From a virus (lineage: Duplodnaviria > Caudoviricetes), in the IMG/VR virus record IMGVR_UViG_3300032007_000009: a stretch of DNA of 64,000 nucleotides. One strand, written 5' to 3'. Positions 29,736 through 40,290 of this stretch are shown piece by piece (the first letter of the stretch is position 1; each line of letters opens with the position of its first letter). The notes beneath the pieces are model-generated. The model saw only the letters and a list, made by a program, of their open reading frames with translations. It searched no databases and was not told the DNA's origin. The translations under genes were made by a program, and so were the position numbers.

Positions 29736-30863
29736 TTATTTTTTAATATATTCTTCTATATTTTGATATTTGTTTTTTATTTCATTATATTTTTCAATAT
29801 TAATTTGATTTAAAGTTATATATCCTTTATTAATAAACTCTTCCATGAGTGGCCATGCAACTTCTTTGGCTGATGGTCTAGGAGAACCTGTTGTTCCTAA
29901 TGCCCGTAAATTAAAGAAATTACACCAGTCTGTATCAAATGCAGTATGTACTGAACAAGTCTTTGTATCAAGAGGAAGTATTAAACTACCCTTTTGTGCA
30001 GTCCAATTCTTTTCACCAAATTGAGTAGTATTCTTTATATAAGCATATTCACATGCCATATTAGCAAACATCCAATAATCAACTTGTCTAAATATATTAT
30101 CATTGCCATTTGCTATAGCTGCACACATTTCAATAAATGATAATTGTAAATCTTTATTATACAATACTTCTTTTTCTTCATCCGTAAACCAGATTGGTTC
30201 AATAATGTTTAATTCAGCTCCAAATTTTTCTTTTGAATAATTACAATAACGTGTTGATTCTTCTGCTATAGATTGTACTCTATGTCTATTAATATCTCGA
30301 GCAACAGCAAGATGATATGTAAATTCAACTGTATGTCTTTTAATATGTTCTTCCATTGGTGGAGTCATCCATTGTAATACCGATTCTTTTAAAGATTCTT
30401 TTTCTGATTTATATTGTCCCATATATTTCAAAATTTCAAAATCTTCATTTTCAACAATAACTCTCCAATTTGTAGTTATAAAATAAAAATGAGCAGATGC
30501 CTGTGTTTTCATTCCGTATCCTTTAATTTCAACATCAACAGTCTGATTTATTGTTTTTTCTTTAACAATAGAATATTTATTACTTTTAAAAAATCTAACT
30601 ATATCTGTTTTCCAAATATATTGAATGTCATCTAATGGAGTACCTATAGGAATAGTTAAATAAACCGTTCCATGTTCTAACATTGCACCATGTTTTGCTT
30701 TCATTAAATTTTCTATAAATAACTGATATGATGTATCTGTAATTTTATCTTCTGATTTATAACAATTACGACCGCATATTTCAATATGCTTAAACATATT
30801 TACTAATAAATCTCCACTAAAATTTTGTTCAATTATTTTATATTTAGGTGTTATTATATTCAT
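29736..30863 (-). CDS. thyX: FAD-dependent thymidylate synthase ThyX
   Basis: GRNCYKSE, HGAMLEH, RHRVQSIAEESTRY signature, FFNLR. Confidence 0.9.
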   Translation of the reverse strand: MNIITPKYKIIEQNFSGDLLVNMFKHIEICGRNCYKSEDKITDTSYQLFIENLMKAKHGAMLEHGTVYLTIPIGTPLDDIQYIWKTDIVRFFKSNKYSIVKEKTINQTVDVEIKGYGMKTQASAHFYFITTNWRVIVENEDFEILKYMGQYKSEKESLKESVLQWMTPPMEEHIKRHTVEFTYHLAVARDINRHRVQSIAEESTRYCNYSKEKFGAELNIIEPIWFTDEEKEVLYNKDLQLSFIEMCAAIANGNDNIFRQVDYWMFANMACEYAYIKNTTQFGEKNWTAQKGSLILPLDTKTCSVHTAFDTDWCNFFNLRALGTTGSPRPSAKEVAWPLMEEFINKGYITLNQINIEKYNEIKNKYQNIEEYIKK

Positions 30864-31162
30864 TTTGATTTATATATTATAATTTTTTGCTTTTATATAA
30901 AATAAAATTTTATTTATTTTTTTATATTTAGGTATTATTGGTTGTGTTTTCCACCAATCATTAAGATCATAATAAATAAAATTGAATATTGTGGAATATT
31001 CAATTATAATAGTTTTATTATATAATACCCATCTAGAATTACTTTTTATATAACTAAATGGATTAATCATTGTAAATAATTAATTATTTTTATATAATAT
31101 AGAACTTATGTAATATATTTTTACTAATATTTTAAAATAATTTACAAAAAAAATAAATTTAT

Positions 31163-34100
31163 ATGTTAAGACGTAGACTATTATTTGCACATGCATTAAT
31201 ACCTGCTCTTGTATCTCCTCAAAGGAAACAATTAACTTATAATACTTCTGAACAAGAATTAATAACAAGTGGTACAGTAAAACATGGTACTTTATATTAT
31301 AAGTTAAATAATGGAGAATATTCTTCAGTTATTCCAAAAGGAACTGATGCGGGTACTTATAATGTTTATTATAAAGTTATTGGGGATGAACATTATGAGG
31401 ATATTGAAGAACAATTGTTAATATGTACAATTAATAAAGCCCAGTTAAATTATACAGAACCAACACCTTTATCAATTGTATATGATAAGACAGAACATGA
31501 TTTAATAACTCCTGGACAAGGTGGTTCACCGGGTACTTTTTATTATAGAAAAAATACTGATACTTGGAATACATCAATACCAAAAGGAACTGATGCGGGG
31601 TATTACCCTGTTTCTTGGAAAATTGATGTTAATTCAAATTATTATGGGGTAGAACCACAATCATTTGAAGTTTTAATTGAAAAGGCTAATCCTATATTAG
31701 GAACTATTACACCGCGTACTTTAACTTATAATGGTAACGCTCAACAATTAATTGATTCAGTAACTACAACTGGTGGCTCAGTTGTTTATTGTAAAGATAA
31801 TCAAAACGGAACATATACTATAGATATTCCTACTGGAACTGATGCTGGAGAATATACTGTTTATGTTAAAGTTTTAGGAAATAGTAATTATAATAATAGT
31901 GAAATAAGTTCAGTTAATTGTATAATAAATAAAGCAAACATAACAGTAACTGCACCTAAACCAACATCAGGTTTAATTTATGATGGGCAATCTAAACAGT
32001 TATGTAGTGCAGGTACAACAAATTTCGGTACAATATTATATAAATTAAATAGTACAGGTACATATTCAACTATTATACCAACTGCTACAGAAATAGGAAC
32101 ATATACTATTTTTTATAAAGTAAATGGTAATTCTAATTATAATGATTATGCTGAACATTCAATAACTGCTCAAATTTCAGATAAGATTGTACCTGAAGTT
32201 ACTCCTCCACAAGCAGTAAGTACAATGACTTATAATGGATCTTCAAAAACTTTATTATCTACTGCAGCAACTACAACTGGAGGTACAATACAATATAGTT
32301 TAAATTATGGTAGTAACTGGAGTACATCAATACCTAAAGCAACAGATGCAGGTACATATAATATCTATTATAGATCTTTAGGTGATGATACATATGCGAC
32401 TGTTGAAGGAACTGATATGTATGTAACTACAACTATTAATCAAGCTGCTGCATTAAATAGTGCACCAACACGTAAATCATTAACTTACAATGGTTCTGCA
32501 CAATATTTATGTAATGCAGGTTCTACTAATAATGGCACAATGGAATACAGTTTGAATAATAGTACTTGGTCAACAACAATACCGACAGGAACTAATGTAT
32601 CATCATATACTATTTACTATAGAGTTCAATCAACAAATAGTAATTATTATGGAGATAACGGAAGTATATCATCAACTATTAATAAACGAAGTGCATTGAA
32701 ATCTGCTCCAACATCTAAATCATTAACTTACACTGGTTCTTCTCAATCATTATGTGGTGCAGGATCAACATATTCTGGAACTATGGAATATAGTTTGAAT
32801 AATAGTACTTGGTCAACATCAATACCTACAGGTAGTAGTGTACAAACATATACTATATATTATCGTATAACACAAGGAGTAGATAGTAATCATAGTACAG
32901 TAAGTGGAACAAGTTATAAAATAACATCATATATATATAACCCAGGAACAACAATTTATGTTTATCATAATGGATATGGATTATCTGATGTTACAGTTCA
33001 ACAAGGCAGTACAACACAAACAACAAATTCAGGTGGATATACAACATTTACAGGGTTAAATTCAAATCAATCTTATTATTATTCATTATCTTATAATAGT
33101 CATTCTTGGGGTGATTATGTAACTGGTAATGAAGATAAAACATATGAATTTGATGATGATTATGACATTTACGGAACAACAACTAAAACAGTTAGTGCAG
33201 ATACAACATCTGTAACATTTAGTTATGGTTTAGATTATGGATGTTCATTAGGATGGACTGCACAATCAGATACAAATGCTGTTAGTGTATCTAATTCTAA
33301 TAATGTAACTAATTATTCATTAAATCAATCAGGTAAATCTGTTACTATAACATTCCCTGAAAATACATCATATGATAATACATCTTCTCATAGTATAACA
33401 TTATCTTACCATTATGATTCTATAACATTTACAGCAACACAATCAGCAAAAGAACATATATATAGTTTACGAGTTTCACCTTATTCTATTGATACTTACT
33501 ATGGTAGTAGTTCTGATAGTTTATCTTCTGTTTATTTATATATTGATGGAGTTAAACAAAATACAAATATTAAGAATAGTTGTACTTTAAGTACTGATGT
33601 TAATTGGATTACAATAAGTGGAACTAGTTGGACAATAAGTTCATATAGTACTTATGAATCAACAAGAACTGGAACAATAACAGTTTCTTATAACTATGGT
33701 GGAAAAACAGTATATGGTTATATTGATATATCACAAAGTGGTCCAGAACATACATATAGTTTAGAAGTTTCACCTTATTCTGATAGTTATTTATACAATG
33801 GTGGGGCTCGTGGTTTATCTTCTGTTTATTTATATATTGATGGAGTTAAACAAAATACAGATATTAAGAGTAATTGTACTTTAAGTACTAGTCAAAGTTG
33901 GATTACAATAAATGGAAGAAATTGGATAATAGGTTCATATGATACTTATGATTCAAGAAGAAATGGAACAATAACAGTTTCTTATAACTATGGGGGAAAA
34001 ACAGTAAATGGTTATATTGATATATCACAAAGTGGTCCAGAACACCATTATAGTTTAGAAGTTTCACCTAGTTCTTCTAGTGTTTACTACAGTAGTAGTT

Positions 34101-35239
34101 CTGGTAGTTTATCTTCTGCTTATATATATAGTGATGGAACTAAACTAAACACAAACGTTAAGGATAGTTGTACTTTAAGTACAAATCAAAGTTGGATTAC
34201 AATAAGTGGAACTAGTTGGACAATAAGTTCATATGATACTTATGAATCAACAAGAACTGGAACAATAACAGTTTCTTATAACTATGGTGGAAAAATATTA
34301 ACCGATGATATTAGTATATCACAAAGTGGTCCAGACCATACATATAGCATTAGCTGGGTTAATTCAAGTGATAGTAATTATACAATTGATTCAGCATCAG
34401 CAGGTACAAGTGGAACTGGTAATGAATTTAAGTATGCTATTTATAGAGACGGTTCAGCTGCATCAGATAGTAGTGCTGTTAGTGTGTCTAGTGATTCATC
34501 ATGGTTAACTCCAAAGCTTTGGACAAGTTTACACGATATCGATATTTCATGGACAAAAAATACAGGTTCTACAAGAACTGCCATATTAACTCTAAGTTAT
34601 CATGACAAAACAATTACTTCTACAATTACACAGCCAGGTAGTATATCTTATGGTATTGTTGTTAATCCAGATTCTTATAGTTATAATAATGGTTCAAATA
34701 GTGGAAGTTTGGAAAGTGTTTATTTAACCGAAAATGGTAGTCAAACAGGTTCAAATATAAAAACTTATTGTACATTATCTACTAATGATAGTTGGATTAC
34801 TATTAGTAATAGATCTTGGTATATAGATTCATATAGTACTTATAATTCAACAAGAACTGGAACAATAACAGTTTCTTATACATATAATGGAGAAACATTA
34901 ACCGATGATATTAGTATATCACAAAGTGGCCGAGTACAACCTGTGGTAAGTACAATAACAGCAAACGTATACGTATTTAAAAACGGTCAGTCTTCTGATG
35001 ATGCTGATATTGAAATGACTGGTAATGATGGATACGCAATTGAGGCAATAGATGGAGGTTCTTTAACATTAAATCAAAATGAATCATATACATATGACGT
35101 TAATCCTGTTGTTGGAGTTTCGTTTGTTAGTATAGTTTTTGAAAATACAAGTTCTGGAACATATACTAGTGCTAATAGTTCTGGAACTATTACAACAGGG
35201 TCTTCAAATATGATTATACGTGTATATCTTACATCTTAA
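31163..35239 (+). CDS. Large repetitive beta-rich fibre/adhesin protein (MBG-like and BACON-like repeats)
   Basis: Repeats of LTYNG...IPxGTDAGTYxVYY, followed by WIT...RTGTITVSY...ISQ modules; Ser/Thr rich. Confidence 0.75.
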   Translation: MLRRRLLFAHALIPALVSPQRKQLTYNTSEQELITSGTVKHGTLYYKLNNGEYSSVIPKGTDAGTYNVYYKVIGDEHYEDIEEQLLICTINKAQLNYTEPTPLSIVYDKTEHDLITPGQGGSPGTFYYRKNTDTWNTSIPKGTDAGYYPVSWKIDVNSNYYGVEPQSFEVLIEKANPILGTITPRTLTYNGNAQQLIDSVTTTGGSVVYCKDNQNGTYTIDIPTGTDAGEYTVYVKVLGNSNYNNSEISSVNCIINKANITVTAPKPTSGLIYDGQSKQLCSAGTTNFGTILYKLNSTGTYSTIIPTATEIGTYTIFYKVNGNSNYNDYAEHSITAQISDKIVPEVTPPQAVSTMTYNGSSKTLLSTAATTTGGTIQYSLNYGSNWSTSIPKATDAGTYNIYYRSLGDDTYATVEGTDMYVTTTINQAAALNSAPTRKSLTYNGSAQYLCNAGSTNNGTMEYSLNNSTWSTTIPTGTNVSSYTIYYRVQSTNSNYYGDNGSISSTINKRSALKSAPTSKSLTYTGSSQSLCGAGSTYSGTMEYSLNNSTWSTSIPTGSSVQTYTIYYRITQGVDSNHSTVSGTSYKITSYIYNPGTTIYVYHNGYGLSDVTVQQGSTTQTTNSGGYTTFTGLNSNQSYYYSLSYNSHSWGDYVTGNEDKTYEFDDDYDIYGTTTKTVSADTTSVTFSYGLDYGCSLGWTAQSDTNAVSVSNSNNVTNYSLNQSGKSVTITFPENTSYDNTSSHSITLSYHYDSITFTATQSAKEHIYSLRVSPYSIDTYYGSSSDSLSSVYLYIDGVKQNTNIKNSCTLSTDVNWITISGTSWTISSYSTYESTRTGTITVSYNYGGKTVYGYIDISQSGPEHTYSLEVSPYSDSYLYNGGARGLSSVYLYIDGVKQNTDIKSNCTLSTSQSWITINGRNWIIGSYDTYDSRRNGTITVSYNYGGKTVNGYIDISQSGPEHHYSLEVSPSSSSVYYSSSSGSLSSAYIYSDGTKLNTNVKDSCTLSTNQSWITISGTSWTISSYDTYESTRTGTITVSYNYGGKILTDDISISQSGPDHTYSISWVNSSDSNYTIDSASAGTSGTGNEFKYAIYRDGSAASDSSAVSVSSDSSWLTPKLWTSLHDIDISWTKNTGSTRTAILTLSYHDKTITSTITQPGSISYGIVVNPDSYSYNNGSNSGSLESVYLTENGSQTGSNIKTYCTLSTNDSWITISNRSWYIDSYSTYNSTRTGTITVSYTYNGETLTDDISISQSGRVQPVVSTITANVYVFKNGQSSDDADIEMTGNDGYAIEAIDGGSLTLNQNESYTYDVNPVVGVSFVSIVFENTSSGTYTSANSSGTITTGSSNMIIRVYLTS
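33452..34333 (+). repeat. Three tandem 294-bp (98-aa) BACON-like repeats
   Basis: Units start at 33452, 33746 and 34040 (EH-x-YSL...ISQSGP). Confidence 0.9.
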
Positions 35240-35251
35240 TTAATCAAATAT

Positions 35252-35285
35252 AAAAAATCCTGGAATTTAAATTCCAGGATTTTTT
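35252..35285. terminator. Perfect palindrome, bidirectional terminator
   Basis: AAAAAATCCTGGAATTT/AAATTCCAGGATTTTTT. Confidence 0.85.
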
Positions 35286-35497
35286 TAATATACATTATTT
35301 GTATTTTGTAATTCTTCTATATATTTTGATTTATACATAAACTTAAACCAATTTACTACATAATATATAGAACCTCCTTTATCAGTTAAAGTTCTTAGAT
35401 AAACTTTATTAAATAATGACTGTTGCCAAACTACAACTTTCTCATTATTATATTCATATACTCTGTTAATTTTTGGAAATATCATAATTATAAAAAT

Positions 35498-36421
35498 TTA
35501 AAAAATATTTTCAATATTTTCTTCTATAATAGTTTCTCGTTTAGATTCTTCTTTAAATTCTTCAGTTTTCTTTTGTGATTCTAAAAGTATAAACTTCTGA
35601 ATAGCAAATTTATAGAAATCATTTAATACTTTTGTATCATAAGGAATTGCACCTTGATGAATTTGATAATTTTGATTACATTCAGGAATTATCTTTCCAG
35701 GTAAGTTTACAATCATTATAACAATATCTTCAGGTTTTGTATCTGTTGGGACATAACCAGATTCTATTAAAGCTTGTTTATAAAAATATAATTGTAATGT
35801 ATAACGATACCAATTAAGTTGTGGATATTTGTACATAGGGCCTAACATTTTATTAGTCCATTTTGTTGGAACTTTATCAATTGTCCCAGAAGATTTCCAA
35901 TCAATTAATATATATTTACCTGTTCTTTTATTTCTAAATAACGCATCAAAACGCCCATAAAGATAAAATACTTCTCCACCTTCATTTTCATTTTGTGGAG
36001 CAACTTTAAGATATAAATACTTTTCTCTATCAATAAACTCTGTATCTCCAGATTTACTTAATACAGAATAAAAACTATCGAAAGAATCACAAAGCCCATG
36101 TAATCTTTCATCAAAATCATATCCATTATCAAGTTTGAATAACTTTATATCATTTTCAGTGCCTGTTAATTTTGCTCCGATATAATCATCGAGTAAAGAA
36201 CCATAACGACAAGATTCTGCTCCTTTTGCTGACCATGCATCAAGAATTTGTTGTACTGACATTTGATAATACTCTGATTCAGGATTATTAAAATGTTTAT
36301 CGTGTGTCTTGGTTGCTACACCTTCAGAATCAAATGGTGAAAATAACATATCTAAAGCATTAGATATACTTACTTTTCTAATAGTTCTATCAATATTTAA
36401 ATTTGAAAAATCAATTTTCAT
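35498..36421 (-). CDS. PD-(D/E)xK exonuclease (RecB/Cas4-like)
   Basis: GRFDALF...ILIDWKSS...QLYFY. Confidence 0.8.
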   Translation of the reverse strand: MKIDFSNLNIDRTIRKVSISNALDMLFSPFDSEGVATKTHDKHFNNPESEYYQMSVQQILDAWSAKGAESCRYGSLLDDYIGAKLTGTENDIKLFKLDNGYDFDERLHGLCDSFDSFYSVLSKSGDTEFIDREKYLYLKVAPQNENEGGEVFYLYGRFDALFRNKRTGKYILIDWKSSGTIDKVPTKWTNKMLGPMYKYPQLNWYRYTLQLYFYKQALIESGYVPTDTKPEDIVIMIVNLPGKIIPECNQNYQIHQGAIPYDTKVLNDFYKFAIQKFILLESQKKTEEFKEESKRETIIEENIENIF

Positions 36422-36530
36422 AAATAATTTTCATTATATAATTTTAATTAATATAGAACTAAATGTTGATATATTTTAATAATTTATTTTTTTAAATAAT
36501 ATAAGATTTTTTATAATATTTATAAAAATA

Positions 36531-36540
36531 TACTATATTA
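36531..36540 (+). promoter_or_regulatory. Representative copy of the recurrent phage promoter motif (T/A)(A/T)CTATATTA
   Basis: Found, correctly oriented, a short distance upstream of many operon starts on both strands (see findings). Confidence 0.7.
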
Positions 36541-36560
36541 TATTTATAAAAATTAAAAAT

Positions 36561-37339
36561 ATGAAGAAATTATTTATACTTTTATTTATAATTAGTACAT
36601 TAACATCATGTAATATTACATCAAAGAAAAATGATTATGTGCTTAAATCAGATAATGAATATTATTATAAGGTATGTTTCAATATGTTTAATGAAGATTC
36701 TACAATTGTAAAAATTCATAAGCCTGTTGAATATATTACTATTATTGAAGGACGTGGTAGTAAAAGAAGAGTTTCATTTTATGGATATAATGGAAAATAT
36801 TTTACGCATCGTTACTGCCCTTGGGTTCGTTCTGTACGTGTAGGAAGTAAAGTAAAACTTCGTCATTATTTTGAACCAACAGCCAGTATATTTGATGAAT
36901 TAGTTGAAGTAATTGAATATTAATTATTATGAAATTTGGAAAAAAGAAAACAGAAGGTATTGAAGAGTTAAAGAAGAAATATGTCTCACATGGTATGTGG
37001 TCAACTGGATATCAACTTGATACAATTACTAAAAGTATTGCTGAAGTATTAGGTAAAACAAAGGTTCATATTAATGTTCCTTATTCAAATTTCAATTGTC
37101 ATGGAGAGGCAATCAAAGTTGCAAAGGATGTTAAGGGTCTGATGCCGTTTTCAACTGCTCGTGTTTCATTTGATGAAGTAACAACTTTATACTATGGAGA
37201 TAATCATATTAATCGTGGAAATTATCTTCCGTTCTTAGCAGATGTTGATTGTTTTTATATTAAGAACATTGATACAACAGGAAATTTTTGGGTTACTGTT
37301 GATTTGGAGAAAGGTCCAAGTTGGAGAACATATCTTTAA
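36561..37339 (+). CDS. Putative lipoprotein (36561-36923) and hypothetical protein (36929-37339)
   Basis: LTSC lipobox; ORFs follow the TACTATATTA motif. Confidence 0.55.
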
Positions 37340-37379
37340 TTTTTTCTATAATATTTTAAAAATTGAAAATTAAATACTA

Positions 37380-37447
37380 TATTATTTATGTATTGTAGTT
37401 AACATAAAAACTTTATTATTTATGTATTGTAGTTAACATAAAAACTT
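37380..37447 (+). repeat. 34-bp exact tandem duplication
   Basis: TATTATTTATGTATTGTAGTTAACATAAAAACTT x2. Confidence 0.95.
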
Positions 37448-37478
37448 CATTATATTTGTAATTAAATAATATTTAAAT

Positions 37479-37787
37479 ATGAAAGAAATTTGGAAACCAA
37501 TTTCACAGGATTTATATTATCTCGGTGTTAATGATTGTTATGAGGTATCTAATACAGGTAAGGTCCGTAACAAAAAGACTGGTCATATTTTGAAAACCAC
37601 ACCTACAAATGGTGATAGTCGCCGCTTGAAGGTACAACTGATGACACCATACAAGTACATCCGTATTTCTGTTCAGCTTTCACATGTTATTTATGATACA
37701 TTTGTTGGCCCAGCATATAATTGTCGTATTCGTCATCGCGATGGTAATCCTGCAAATAATTGCGTAGAAAATTTGTATGCACTATAA
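37479..37787 (+). CDS. NUMOD4 + HNH homing-endonuclease-like protein
   Basis: EIWKPI...YEVSNTGKVRN; RHRDGNPANNCVENL. Confidence 0.85.
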   Translation: MKEIWKPISQDLYYLGVNDCYEVSNTGKVRNKKTGHILKTTPTNGDSRRLKVQLMTPYKYIRISVQLSHVIYDTFVGPAYNCRIRHRDGNPANNCVENLYAL

Positions 37788-37875
37788 ATTTTCTAATTTT
37801 ATTTAAATATTTTTTATAAATACTATTTATATAACATATAATAAATGAAAAGTTAAACTTAAATTATTTTGAATT

Positions 37876-38295
37876 ATGTTTGAATATTTTAATCCAAATC
37901 CAACTTGTAAATTTTTCAAGTCTGGAAAACCAAAGAGTTGGTATCTTAATGATTCTTCTGTAAGAGCATTAGCAAAGTCATTGAATATTAATTGGAGTGT
38001 TGCATATAAATTGTTATCTGTTACTGGAGAAGAAAATTATGATGTAATGACATCTAAAACAGTTATTGACAAAGTGTTGCAAAATAATAGTTATAATTTT
38101 GTAACATTAGGTAAACCTACAAAGGGTAGTTCTAGACCAACTGTAAAAGAATTTTTGGAACAACATCAAAAAGGAACATATGTACTTAATTTGGCAGATT
38201 ATTTTGTTACTGTAATTGATAATGTAGTATATGATGTATCTGATGATTGTTTTAAGTCTTCAGTTTATAGTTATTGGGAAAAGAAATCAGAGTAA
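37876..38295 (+). CDS. Conserved phage protein, papain/C39-like fold, apparently inactive
   Basis: NPNP...DSSVRAL...W...Y...TVKEF...GTYVL...DNVVYD. Confidence 0.45.
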   Translation: MFEYFNPNPTCKFFKSGKPKSWYLNDSSVRALAKSLNINWSVAYKLLSVTGEENYDVMTSKTVIDKVLQNNSYNFVTLGKPTKGSSRPTVKEFLEQHQKGTYVLNLADYFVTVIDNVVYDVSDDCFKSSVYSYWEKKSE

Positions 38296-38391
38296 AATAT
38301 TTTTACAAAATACATTATAATGTTCTATATTAATATAATTTACATCAGAATGTAAATGAATGATATATAATAAAAATACATAGAACATATA

Positions 38392-38922
38392 ATGAATAAA
38401 GATACATTAATAATAAATCTTATAGGTGGTCCTTGTAGTGGCAAGTCAACCGTTGCAGCTGAATTATTTGCAAGACTTAAGAAAATGGGAATTCATTGCG
38501 AATTAGTTTCTGAATATATCAAAGATCGTATATATGAAGAAAATCAAACAATGCCAAAGAATCAGATTGCAATATTTGGAATGGAACATTATAACATTTC
38601 AAATAAAATAGGGAAAGTTGCTGTAATCGTACATGATGGATCTTTTATCAACAATACAATTTACAAGTCTGAAAGTAATAAATATTTTGATGATTTAATT
38701 ATAAGTGAATACAAAAAATTTTGGAATTTAGATTTCTTTATTAAACGAGGAAATATTGAATTTGAAACTTATGGACGAATACATAATTTAAAACAATCAA
38801 AAGAATTAGATAGAATTATTAAAGAAACTTATGATAGTTATAACTTAAATTATATTGAAGTTGAATCTCGAGATGCTGTAGATAAAATTATTCCAATTGT
38901 ATTAAAAGAATTAAATAAATGA
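38392..38922 (+). CDS. P-loop kinase (NadR/AAA_28-like)
   Basis: INLIGGPCSGKST, ELVSEY, GRIH. Confidence 0.8.
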   Translation: MNKDTLIINLIGGPCSGKSTVAAELFARLKKMGIHCELVSEYIKDRIYEENQTMPKNQIAIFGMEHYNISNKIGKVAVIVHDGSFINNTIYKSESNKYFDDLIISEYKKFWNLDFFIKRGNIEFETYGRIHNLKQSKELDRIIKETYDSYNLNYIEVESRDAVDKIIPIVLKELNK

Positions 38923-39244
38923 TATGTTCAAGAAAGGATGACAAAGAACTTATAAGGTATAATTATAAATTTATTCCTGAAAGTGATAAAGTCGAAATAT
39001 CAAATAAAGATTTTTATAATGTAATATCTTATGATGAATGGTTGCATGAATATTACATTGTTGATAAATGGAAAACATTAGAATGGTAATATATGAGTAC
39101 TAGAAATACATTAATGGTCCGCGATATGCTTGGGAGAACATATTCTTCAGGTGGAGGTGGTGGAATTGAACCACAATCATGGTGGATCATTGTGTTTATA
39201 ATTATTTTTATAGTTTTTGAATTTATTAAATGGAAATATTTTAG

Positions 39245-40248
39245 ATGAAAGATTTTAAATCATATCCGTTTGTTGTAGATAAGCATAATAATGTTTGGAA
39301 GTATATAAAAGACAAAGAACATTTTATTAAAGTAACTCCATGGAAAGTTGGTGAAGATCGTCGAGTTAATAAATTTGTAATTGAAAAACTTATTATTAAG
39401 AATGTATTAACTCAAATGAAAGATAAATCAAAAGTTCATGAAATAATTAATAATAGATGGAGAGAAATTAATTATTCTTGGATTCATGATGATAAAATTT
39501 ATTATGTAGAAGAATTTAATTCAAAGAATGATTGTCTAAAAGCTCCTGTTCATAAGTTTAAACACATATATAAAGATAGATACGGTAAAAAACATGAATA
39601 TTTTGAAGAATATCGTATAGGATTTTATAATGGAAATATTGTTTGGTTTAATCCTTATCATTATTTTCCACAATTATGTGTATGGGAGTTTAAAGATATA
39701 AATAAAGAACCTGTAGGATATAATCATTGGACAAGTGCAAAAATTGTTCGTCCAATTTATAATGATAAATATGAAATTATTTAATAATTATGTGGGCACA
39801 TAAAGAAAAAATAATCTATTAGATAAATGACAGAAATTAATTTCTGTCATTTTTTTATATATTATATTTAAATTTTTTTCTTAAGATACTATATTATTAT
39901 CATAATAAACAATAAATAACATATATGAATAAAGTATTTTCAAAATTAAATTCAAATGAATTCTTTGGTACATCATTTCATTTTGGTTATGTTAAAGGTA
40001 CCGCAGAAGAAATTAGTAAAGTTTTAGGTCCTTGTGAAGATTCATATGATGATAAGACTTGCCGTGAATGGGATCGTAAAGTTAATGGAATTGTTTTTAC
40101 TATTTATGATTATAAAGAATATAAAGATATTTCTGATTCAGATGTAATTGAATATCATATCGGGACGAAGACAGATAAAGAAACTGAAAGAGTTGTAAAT
40201 ATTCTTAAAGATTGTGGTTTAAATGCTTACATAATGAAATTTTTTTAA
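39245..40248 (+). CDS. Hypothetical genes (39245-39784, 39925-40248)
   Basis: ORFs with ATG starts; the second follows the promoter motif. Confidence 0.55.
39825..39856 (+). terminator. Palindromic terminator
   Basis: AAATGACAGAAATT/AATTTCTGTCATTT plus a T run. Confidence 0.8.
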
Positions 40249-40290
40249 TTTTATATTAGATTTACTATATTATATAAAAATTAAAATAAT

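Noticed and set aside
35498-36421. Cas4 as part of a CRISPR-Cas locus
   Set aside because: There are no Fe-S cysteine cluster motifs, no other cas genes and no array; it is a stand-alone phage exonuclease.
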